Positions 53,465 through 64,000 of a DNA stretch of 64,000 bases are shown here, one piece after another (the first letter of the stretch is position 1; the number at the start of each line of letters is the position of its first letter). The position numbers were made by a program, and so were the translations under genes. The stretch is from Octopus sinensis (lineage: Eukaryota). The DNA is taken from positions 46,562,001 through 46,626,000 of the forward strand of contig NC_043012.1 in the NCBI RefSeq assembly GCF_006345805.1, given 5' to 3'. Below the pieces are notes generated by a model, which was not told the origin of the DNA, made no database searches, and worked only from the letters and a program-made list of their open reading frames with translations.

Positions 53465-53569
53465 TACACGCCTTTTGGGGTCGATAAAATAATTACCAGT
53501 TATTTGCTAGTAATCGACTTTACCTCTCTCTTAAAATTTCAAGCCTTGTGCCTATAACAGAAAGGATTA

Positions 53570-53636
<67 letters not shown>
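53465..53636 (+). mobile_element. SINE family B 3' part with (ATT)n tail
   Basis: ccttttggggtcgataaaataa..gccttgtgcctataacagaaaggatt(att)n. Confidence 0.65.
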
Positions 53637-53637
<1 letters not shown>

Positions 53638-53870
53638 TTGTTTAAATTTTTATAGCGTGCTTTCACTTCACTACCGAGCGCAGCTCTGTGTGCCTTAGGT
53701 ATGTGCTGTGATTTGTTGTGATGCTCTGATGGTTATTATAAGGAAAGTGTTCTGCGTAGGATGTGTGCAGTGCCTAGTAGTGCAATTTTCTGTATGTTAT
53801 ATGTGTTTGTAAGTCCTGGTGTTTTTGTTATGTATTTGTCTGAATATTTTTTTATCATGCCTAATGCACC

Positions 53871-53872
<2 letters not shown>
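53637..53872 (-). mobile_element. R4/Dong-like RLE LINE extreme 3' end with (AAT)n tail
   Basis: GALGMIKKYSDKYI..IQKIALLGTAHILRRTLS, short UTR, then (AAT)n. Confidence 0.82.
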
Positions 53873-53933
<61 letters not shown>

Positions 53934-53949
53934 TATTATTATTATTATA

Positions 53950-53994
<45 letters not shown>

Positions 53995-54305
53995 GATTTG
54001 ACTCGGGTTTGGTCTCATTCCTGGAAGAATATAGGTGGGTAGCAGGCTAAAGCCGTAATTTTAGGTATCCACTAGCTTTCAGCAGTCTCTTAAGTTGTTA
54101 GAACCCTCCTGATAATCTTCCTGTGTCTAAGAGTCACACTTTCTGTACAAGCTCTACTGGACATTCTAGTTCAATCTCTAACCATTTGTCTATATCTTCG
54201 CTTACAATTCCCACTACACCAGATATTTTAGGCACAACCTTTACAGTTTTCATATTACAAGGATTTGCAATTTCAAATTTTAAGGGATTCTATTTTTTTA
54301 TTCCT
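53995..54305 (-). mobile_element. R4/Dong-like RLE LINE 3' end (another subfamily) with (AAT)n tail at 53872-53995
   Basis: LKFEI..MKTVKVVPKISGVVGIV..KWLEI..VELVQKV*LLDTGR. Confidence 0.72.
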
Positions 54306-54330
54306 TTATTGTTATTATTAATATTGTTAT

Positions 54331-54420
54331 GAATTCCGCCGAGCTGGAATTTTGTTTTCATCGTTTCGTGGTGAATGAAATAAGCATCAGTCGAAAATTG
54401 GGGTGGAAGTAATTGACTTA
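54331..54420 (+). mobile_element. degenerate SINE family B fragment
   Basis: gaattccgccgagctggaattttgtttttcatcgtttcgtggtgaatgaaataag. Confidence 0.5.
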
Positions 54421-55499
54421 ATCCGTTTGATAATCAAAGATACATTGTTTCCCAACAACATTCTGCCGGGGATCGAGATCTTTAAAAAACTATTAGAATG
54501 TTAGGGTATATAAGAATAGTGGATTAAATAGTTTACATACATATTCCTGTTTAGATTGCTCGGTTTCCTTATTTTTACCACCCTTCGTGTTGCTAAAGAT
54601 GTTTAACCGACGATTTTCTTTTAATATTCTCTATAATTTGGTAGTATCTGTAACTTTGATTTATGAATGATGAAATAAGCGAGACATACTATTGTTTAAA
54701 GAGTGTTGTGGGGAAAAAATTAGGACATTAAATCCTTTGATTCTAATGCTCTACAAGTATAAATCTCAGACTTAGGATTGAATTCTTCAATCTACAATAT
54801 TTTTCTTATAAACATCCATGCAATTGTGTGTACCTGTGCTTGTTTATGTATATGTGTGTAAGCGTATGTGATTGTATATTTATGCAAGTGTTTGCGTGAG
54901 TCGTATTTTACGAGCATGCGTGTGAATACATGCGTACCTACGTTTTTTAAAGATATTTCATAATAAGAGGATTAAATCAAAATTCCAAATTGATATTCAT
55001 TGAATTTGAGTTCAATGATCATATTCTTCCTATTTATCTGAATTAGAAATACTTTTCTCTTTATATTATTTTAACTGGTGTTTTTAATGAGTCTTAAATT
55101 ATTTTCTATTATGAAGTTACTGTAGGATTTTTTAAAGAAATTTCTAGATTCCATGGAATATTTTACTGATTATTAATTAGGATAAAGTTATTAATTAAGC
55201 ATAATCTGTTTAAAATTGTAAAATAATAATTACAGAAATTCAAGTTTATCATTCTGATTACAATGGCAACTGTATATTAATAAAGATTCAAGGAGATTTT
55301 TATAATCCTATTCACGAAGTATTTTACATTCTCCCTGTTCTGGATCGATGGTAATGAAAATTCGCTTAAGTGAATGATGTTTGACGCTATTTCAAGTACT
55401 GGCTTAAGTTTCAATGATTGCTTTCTCAGCTTTATTGATTTAGTGGTATTGACATTATGCATAAATGACCAAAGCTGTTCGTAGCATATATTCATCTAT

Positions 55500-57150
55500 T
55501 TGATGTTTGCAGTTTTAATGAGCGTCTTGTACTGCTGACCTACATGCAAAGAAATTTGCAAACATAGATTTAAAAAGGACACTATGCATGATGTTAAGTT
55601 ACATCTGCCGTGATAAATGTTATTCGATATTATAGAACGCGCGCACGTGCGTCTCTGGCTGACCGTAGAGGACTTGAAATGTCCATGCATTAAATTGCAT
55701 GTTGTTTTCATTATCCTAATTATATATGTCATCTTGGTCTTCTCGTAGAAGATTCCTTGACTGCTTGTACTACTTTTGTGTCGCCCATCGGCAGAGCTTG
55801 TGAATATGGCTGACTGTGTAACTGATAGCATATCCGAAAGAGCTCAATACCTGTGTACTGAGGCACGCCACTCGCTATTGTTGTCTCCATGGAGAGGGCC
55901 TCATTGGCTGCCACAGCCTAGATTGTATCTGGATCAACAAAGAGACAGGAAATCATATAATCATTCTCACTACTATACCGAGTACCGTAGTTTCTAACAT
56001 CCGACGATCACCTGTATTAAAGGTTTTTGCAAAATCCATATATATATATATCACATTCACATCTGAGCGATTCATTAGTTGCTTCAACACTCCGTTATAA
56101 TGCTGAAGAAGGCAGCTTCTCCCTGAGCAAAAGTCATGTTAGGTGTCAGGGATCAAGTCATTATCTTCTAAAAATCATGCTCAGCTTGCTTTCGACAATG
56201 CCTTCCATGAATTGGCTGACATCTGACGTTAGACAGATAGGGTTATATTTTAATTAGCATCTACTCTGCACCTCCTTTAACTTTCTGGAAAGTCTCTACT
56301 TTGCAAGGAAGCTTTGGAAAAGAATCTGTAATGATCTTGCTAGAGTTCCTTTGCATTTGGTTAGGAGAGCTTGGTTTAAGCTCATTTCATCAATGACTGA
56401 TATTACATTAGTTTCCTCTATTTCGATATAATTAATAATTGCCATCTGTCTGTGATGCTGAAGAGTTCATAAGGCATAACTACTTGCACATGTCTCATCG
56501 GACTTGTGTAAACACTTTTGCATTACACACTCAACATTTCATTTATCCACTGGGGGTCTGCAGTCAGTGAGTCATTTTCTTCGAATTATCTTCTGTTGTA
56601 TTGAGGCTGACTCTTTTGCAAATCTATAGAAGGCTTTAGGGTTTGCCTTTACATCCGCATATCTCCATTGTGGAAGCATTGTGATTTGTGACTTGATTTT
56701 GTGTCCTTATCGATCATGATCGAAGTTTATGTCATCTCGAGGTAAAGCGTCCATGACCGATCTTGCAGTGAGAAAAACCCGTAGCATTGATATAAAACTT
56801 GGGATGAGCAAATATGCGCCTTGTCTCAAAGTCTCAATGGCAGCAGGTACCCTTTGCGTAGAACTTACAACCATGTTGGATCTTCTGGATTAGAGAATTT
56901 TTGTTTTAGCAAGTGCTACTTCGTTTTGTTTTTGCACTCACCTTACACCTATGACAATCCACAGTTTGCTTGCTTGTATTTTCATCTTCATATCTTCATC
57001 TTTAGTGTCTTCTGTTTTTTTCTGGTGAACCTTTGCTTTGCAGCTATTGTTTTCCATGGATTCAAAATTGTACAGAGTGGTGATATTTGTTTTGCTGTGT
57101 TCCTCTCTCGCACTCTAACCTTAACAATTCGAGGATTCCTTTAAGTTAGT
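55500..57150 (-). mobile_element. old, heavily decayed CR1-type LINE RT region
   Basis: PICLTSDVSQFMEGIVES, DFAKTFNTGD, SGVPQ, GDTKVVQAV in shifting frames. Confidence 0.65.
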
Positions 57151-57693
57151 CGGGGGTGGGGGTTGCCTGCTTGTGGTTTAACCTCCTCCTTGAATATACT
57201 GTCTAACAACTCAATGTGCAGTTAACCAAGACATAGGAACGAATGAATTTCTTCTTTTTCCTTTCGATTTCAGCCATGGTTCGGTGAAACTAAAACTCTT
57301 CAAGGTTTCAGCAATTAGAGTGCTTGGTGGGGATTCTTCTGCATAGTTCCAAGGAAACGAATTACTGGATGTTCACTACAGCTCTTTCAGACGATTTATT
57401 GGCGAACAAATAGTTTACAAAATGAAAACGAAAAACACTTTTGTTTAGGGGAATAAAAATTGGATTTCAAAATTGAACATTTTAGATTGGGATCACAACG
57501 AATATAATGTTCCTTAACTCCCTCATGTCGGTGACGATCAGATCTTTATAACACAATACAAAACTTTGTCTATTTTCAAGAGAAGTCTGTACTGGTTACT
57601 TTTAAAGTCGGATGTCAATTTACCTGGATACAATGCGGATTTGGAACTCGTGCTTCTAATATTTCTCATCTCTAGCATTATTTCTTCACTGTT

Positions 57694-57723
57694 AGCCTAC
57701 GATCTTTTCAGGCCATCCTCGTA
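57694..57723 (-). mobile_element. solitary mariner-like TIR
   Basis: minus strand TACGAGGATGGCCTGAAAAGATCGTAGGCT; no partner TIR or transposase recognised. Confidence 0.4.
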
Positions 57724-59304
57724 TAAAATGATCATGTTATCGGAGATTAAACATGCATTCTTATTCGCCAAAGTTAGAGATAAGCAGGAAAATACAACAG
57801 AACAAAAAATAAGATCTGTCGAAGGAAAAGAAGAATACAGCATAAATTCCACGTTTCATATGGTAGAGCAAAGAAATGTTCTAGATTGTGAAGAAGAATA
57901 CTGTAGCATTTCTGGATTCGATTGATTTCAATTAAATCATGGAAAATGAAACAAAATATCTTTGGTTTCCAACCCTTTGCAATACAAAATGACTATATGA
58001 TTTTCTACGTCAAAAAGTGAGTCAGTGCCTTGCAAAAGATACCTTTCTGAGAGACTGGATGCATAAGACATTATCCATGCACAGGTGTTGCTTGTTATTA
58101 CAGATGGTCCGATTAAGTATTTTGAAGTGTCGAAATTATTTGACATCACTTTTCTAATATATTCCGTTCGGCTAAAACAAAACATTGATTAGCTATCATT
58201 AAGAGTAGTAATCAAAATCACTATGAGTGAAACTTCGGTGATACAAGTGAGTTATCTTGTCTTAATAATAACGTTCACGGAGTCAACGTATCGAAAAATA
58301 TGAAAAGGATATCAGTAGTGCATTGTGTCTCAGGAGGCATGCGCTATCTTTGACTTAATTTCCATCAAATACATGTTTGGTTGAGTGTATGTGCCTGAAG
58401 TTAGAGGTGCGGTCGTGTGTGTATATATATAACTGTATTCGAAGTATGCATTGCCAAAAACTATAGTACAAGACTTACAATGTATTCTGTTCTGAAGACT
58501 AGTACATCATAATTTTTTTTAGGTATCTTCTCTTAATATGATATCTAAAAACCTGTAATCACGCTATATAATATTCACTCGTCTTACTCAGCGTCGATAA
58601 AATACCCACCATTCATACACTGTTTTCTGTCCAATGCGATCTATATTGTTCCCATTAAAATTCCTGAACAATTAGTTAATACACGATATGAACATATATA
58701 AAAAAAAAACTTATTCAGTTTCTTTATATGAAATTATTATTATTTCTGAGATAAAGATTTAAATTTAAATTCTTAAGCATTTTTGAAAACTAACCCATTG
58801 TTACCATAACCTCCATTCAGTGCCATAGGTTTAGTGTGAAAAGCAGATTCTCTAAATGGAAAATATATTCTTTGCAATCACTATGTGAAACATAAAATGA
58901 ATCTGAAAATAACTGAAGAAAATTACTACTGACAATAAGTTATTCGGAGTTCGCAATTGAACGCTTGGTAATATGAATGCAAGTATTGTTCTATTAGCAG
59001 GTTATGCTGTTAATCCTGCTAATAAAACTACTGCTGCTGCTACTACATTTTTCCAATCTAATTAGCAATGAATTATTTATGTTCTTACAGTTGTTTTACT
59101 TAGAACAAATTACATCCAGATTTTTTCATACACGTGTGCCAAAAAGAAGCATAAATAAATGAATAAAAAAGTAAAATTTTCAATTAAACTTGAAATAACA
59201 AAACCATAAGTAGATATGTATGTCGCATACAGGTACACTCATCAGTGCATACACCCTCCCTATAAAAAAATTCACTGGAAATATAAATTTTAATAAACAT
59301 ATAA

Positions 59305-59980
59305 GCGTAGGAGTGGCTGTGTGGAAGTAGCTTGCTTACGAACCCCATGGTTCCAGGTTCAGACTCACTGCGTGAAACCACGGGCAAGTGTCTTCTAATA
59401 TATATTTCTTTACTACCCACAAGGAGCTAAACACAGAGGGGACAAACAAGGACAGACAAACGAATAAGTCGATTACATCGACCCCAGTGCGTAACTGGTA
59501 CTTAATTTATCGACCCCGAAAGGATGAAAAGCAAAGTCGACCTCGGCGGAATTTGAACTCGGAACGTAACGACAGATGAAATACGGCTACGCATTTCGCC
59601 TGGCGCGCTAATGTTTCTGCCAGCTCACAGTGTCTTCTAATATAGCCTCGCGCTGACCAAAGCCTTGTGAGTGGATTTGGTCGACGGAAACTGAAAGAAG
59701 ACCATCGTATATATGTATATATACATATGTATGTGTGTGTGTGTGTGTGCGTGTGTGTGTATATATGTTTGTGTGCTTGTGTTTGTCTCCCCAACATCGC
59801 TTGACAACCGATGCTGGTGTGTTTACATCTCCGTAACTTAGCGGCTCGGCAAAAGAGACCGATAGAATAAGTACTAAACTTACAAAGAATAAGCCCTGGG
59901 GTCGATTTGCTCGACTAAAAAGGCGGTGCTCCAGCATGGCCACAGTCAAATTACTGAAACAAGTAAAAGAGTAAAAGAGT
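59305..59980 (+). mobile_element. SINE family A interrupted by a family B insertion
   Basis: head 59305-59402, remainder 59629-59980 ending GAAACAAGTAAAAGAGTAAAAGAG. Confidence 0.9.
59403..59628 (-). mobile_element. SINE family B nested in family A with a 16-bp TSD
   Basis: AGTGTCTTCTAATATA at 59387-59402 and 59629-59644; minus head GTGAGCTGGCAGAAACATTAG..GAGTTCAAATTCC. Confidence 0.92.
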
Positions 59981-60955
59981 ATATATGCTCATATATATAG
60001 ACATACAATTTATTTTATATACTTTATCTGTTCACGCATTTATTTTGTGATGAATATAATCATATCGCACTGTACCGTTTGAACACTTTTTGGGTGGTAC
60101 TGTTACTGATTTATTAGTATGCCAACGATAAGATTGCTTCAACTTTTCCCTTTCCTTATGTTGCACTAGTTTAGCGGAACCAATAATGTATTTTTAAATG
60201 TTTTCAGGTGGCAATATACATCAAATTAACAAATACAGATAAGTGATGTTCCACGACTCATTGATTCTAGGACAAAATATGAAATAAATATCTCATTGAT
60301 CAGCTCTCAAATTATGTTCCAGGAGAATTCAGCGATGAAGAGGGACCAATTCTCAAGCCGGCAAATTGTCCTTACAGCCGACTGCTTCGCTTCGCTGCGG
60401 AGGAAAAAGAGACATCTAGTTCACAGCCTGAAAGCAAATATTGAGTCGAGCCCGAATGTATAAAACAGCTTCATTCATAGTCCAGCCTGGTAATGGTTGA
60501 TCTGATGTTACACTCACAATGTTGAGTAACAATTATGTGTAGAACTACTTCAACAGGCAAACACACACACACACACACACACACGTACAAAACACAGCAA
60601 GACATCTTTCACATTTTCCTTCACTATTTCCTATAGAAAGAAAGGCGACAGGAAAAATACTTCCATTTTATTTGTTATGATAACTAGGTTTTATAATATT
60701 TATGTCCTTTTTGAGTCCCTCGGAATGATGTTCACTTTGTATATATATATATATATTTCGTTTTTGGATTTGGTTTGCAAGATTCTTTATATGAGTTCGT
60801 GCGTTGAAGCATATTCTGTTGTGTCTGGGGAAGTCATTCTCTTTTAGTGCCTTTTTATTTAACACACTCACAGGTAAAATTTCCACTTATTTCTTATCTT
60901 TATTTTCTAAATTTTTCGTTGCGTCTTGCAACCTTTTCAATAGTCTTGACTATAT

Positions 60956-61004
<49 letters not shown>

Positions 61005-61008
61005 TATA

Positions 61009-61130
61009 TTATGTATGTATGTATGTATGTATGTATGTATGTATGTATGTATGTATGTATGTATGCATGTATGCATGTATGTATGTATGTATGTATGTAT
61101 GTATGTATGTATGTATGTATGTATGTATAC
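61009..61130 (+). repeat. (TATG)n microsatellite
   Basis: direct inspection. Confidence 0.95.
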
Positions 61131-61278
61131 ATATATGTATGTGTGTGTGTGTATAATGTGTGTGTGTGTATGTGTATAATAATCAGGCAGTAATCTGATA
61201 GCTCTGCGTCAGCAAGAATTGAAAAAATATGGAAAAAAGTGAAAAGGGTACAGTGAACGTGCCGTGAGGAGTGGAATA

Positions 61279-61311
61279 TCCAACGTTTCGGAATGAATCC
61301 TTCGTCAGGGA
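61279..61311 (-). ncRNA. intact minimal hammerhead motif (C3:G8)
   Basis: minus strand TCC-CTGACGA-A-GGA-TTCAT-TCC-GAAAC-GT-T-GGA. Confidence 0.62.
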
Positions 61312-61741
61312 GCCGAGAAAAGAAAGTAAGAAAAAGAAGAAAAAAGCCAGAGTTTACATCTTCTCAGCACGTATTTGACTAGCTTAGAAAAGAGAAAAGG
61401 CGTATCGAATTTGATACAACTTAAACTCCTTATAAAGTGCTGATATATGTATATGTGTGTGCACGTACCCATGTATTTATGTTGGTGCATGTGTAGGTAT
61501 GCTTAAAAATATGTGCGTGAGTTTGTGAGCATGGCTATACCATCTCACATACGCACATATAGAATTTTGCTACATGTCATTGTTTATATGTCAATGATCT
61601 TTAACTGATAGTGATGAGCACCGTTCCTGCTTTGTTTTATTTATGATAGGTCAAGAATCGATTCCATCATATCTCAAGTGCTTGTTACGCAGAAAGTTTT
61701 TTTTTTACTGATATTCAGCTGGGTATATGCATATATATATA

Positions 61742-61779
<38 letters not shown>

Positions 61780-62098
61780 TGTGTGTGTGTGTGTGTGTAT
61801 ATATATGTATGTGTGTCTACACACACTTATATACGCACATATAAGGGTGTATTTATAAATGGCTACATAACTATATAAGTATTGTATATTTCTCTCTCTT
61901 TTTCTCTCCCTCTCTCTTTTTGTATATTTGTATATATATATATATATATATGCACACACATACATAAATAAATATGCATATATATCAATGTATATATATA
62001 TGTATGCGTGTATTTATTTATATATACATACATATACATACATACATATATATACACATATATATACGCACACACATATATATATATACAAACACACT

Positions 62099-62130
<32 letters not shown>

Positions 62131-62924
62131 TATATACGCATATACATGCATACATATGTATGCATATGTATAGAGGGTGCTGATTAATATCTCGATATTA
62201 AACGATTTTTTCCGCTTATCAAGGCATATTTGCTCATGATTGGCATCTTCAGCTAGATTTATCTCACCCTATTCATATGCAATACTTTCTTGCTCCGTAT
62301 TATTAAATGTTGAGATATATAGCAGCGAGGTTAAAATAGCCTATTTGTATAAGCTAACTCCTGCTTATATCAGAGAAACGATCATAAATATAATGTCTTA
62401 GTTTTATCATAACATGATTCTAGACATGATTGTTGTATTCATATAAATTACTATTATGTGACGGTTCCTGCTGCCGGTCAGCCGGTCAGCCGGTCAATGA
62501 ACACGCCGATAGCTTATATACGGAATATAGCCAACCAGGCAATATAGCAAAATACGTTACATAATAACCCTCGACTTACGCTCAGTCGAAAATTCAATTC
62601 TAATAAATGTTTTACCTTGATAGGTTAATACATATATGTATTGTAATCATAACTGTGATTTCAGCGTTTATGCGCTAAAATATATGGAAAATACAAATGG
62701 TTGTTTGCATTGCCTTATGTTTAGCTTGCACACGGAGAATTGTTTTTAAAAACTACCAGGTCAGCGGTTTTGTCATAATACATAAACCTGACTAGCGTAT
62801 CTATGAAACATTACCTCTTTCTCTAATCAATATGCGTGAGTTTACATTTCTAGATAAAGGTGGGTACACATACGCACACAAACACACACACACACACATA
62901 CACACACAAAGACCCACGCGCACG

Positions 62925-62965
<41 letters not shown>

Positions 62966-63815
62966 TGTATATTGCATGTGTAATAAGAAGCAAAGTAAAA
63001 CGTCAAGACACATCCCCTTGCATCTTCACTGAGACTGAGGTGAATCGTTCAATTATTGATTTATTTGTACCTCACGGCAATCCAGTGTATTGAAGATCTT
63101 TGGTTTTGTTTTTCGAATTTTGTTTTTGTTGTTGTTTTTCGAAAAACTTCCTATCCTACATTTTGTAGAAGAACAAAACATAACATACACAAGTTGAAAA
63201 CAAAGAATAAAAAATAAGCGCAACGAATGTGAGATCTTTTGTAAAATACTCGAAAAGAAGATTTCCAACAAGTTGCAGATAACCTATTAAAATATATTAA
63301 ACTGATTTTCAAGACAATGGTAAAATATCAAAATAACAGTTCAAGGATCAATTTCAAAATTTATGGAAAAAGAAATTTCATGAAAAGCATTGAAGTCTAT
63401 TCTGGATTATAAAAAAATAATTGTGAACAATTAACTGAATCTCTTGAACTGAATTATTGTCTTAGATTGACATTTCATTCAAGAAACTATAAGATCATAT
63501 TTTTTTTTTATTTCAATGATTTATAAATCTGCACTGTATACTGTGGGTTATATGAAATATGATGACCATCGACGCTAGAAACATATCGATTCCGATGTCG
63601 ATTTTGACGTACGATTTATCTACTTCGTCCATCCACAATATAACTATTCATTGATTTGTCAGTGATTGAATATTCCATTAAGTATGAAAATGTAAGCAGA
63701 ATGCTTAAAACATTCCTAATTCAGAAACCAAGTGGCACAAGTGATTGCTGATATATCAACTATTGTTAATCAGTCTGTTTCCCACAGAGGATGACTTTTC
63801 ACGTACGTAATAAAG

Positions 63816-64000
63816 TACAAGGGTTGTACCCAAAATAAACGGGAAGTTTGTAATATTATTTTATTCACTTAATTTCACATGTTTACATTTTTATCGCTTT
63901 CAAACTATTCTCCATTTGAAGCAATGCATCGGTTCAGACGCGTGTTCCGTGCTTAGAAGCAGTCATAGAACTCTTGCAAAGTGATGCCTTTTAACGCCTC
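63816..64000 (-). mobile_element. mariner 3' end, truncated by the window edge
   Basis: TA+CAAGGGTTGTACCCAAAATAAAC TIR-like; minus strand EALKGITLQEFYDCF*..RLNRCIASNGE*FESDK matches the mariner C-terminus. Confidence 0.75.

Noticed and set aside
56103-56125. CTGAAGAAGGC motif
   Set aside because: It lies antisense within decayed CR1 coding sequence and has no downstream GAAAC.
57566-58185. 119-aa (+) and 82-aa (-) ORFs
   Set aside because: No recognisable homology. The first overlaps a mariner-like TIR; the second has only generic splice-like signals.

Overview
AT-rich, microsatellite-dense eukaryotic DNA. The tRNA-derived SINE families and repeat landscape look cephalopod (Octopus-like); this is inference, not a database result. 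No host protein-coding gene can be supported, and most long ORFs are microsatellite read-throughs or retroelement remnants. The window holds decayed mariners, CR1-type LINEs, R4/Dong-like RLE LINE 3' ends stacked in (AAT)n tracts, several Penelope-like elements (PLEs; RT plus GIY-YIG), two SINE families and a Helentron-like remnant. The main hidden signal is about 20 minimal type I hammerhead ribozyme (HHR) motifs, counting degenerate and partial ones, from several unrelated short repeat families. Helix III is reduced to a palindrome in every intact or reconstructable copy (ACGU, ACGCGU, ACCGGU, AAUAUU, AACCGGUU, ACGUACGU, ACGCGCGU), which suggests dimeric cleavage. The core 3:8 pair occurs as C:G, U:A and G:C. 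The motifs sit in a 362-bp retrozyme-like inverted-plus-tandem array (5143-6306), a 467-bp foldback (8312-8778), a 599-bp-spaced pair (39276-39965) and Neptune-type PLE termini, mostly next to (TA)n or (CA)n. All structures were folded by eye; none has been computed or assayed.
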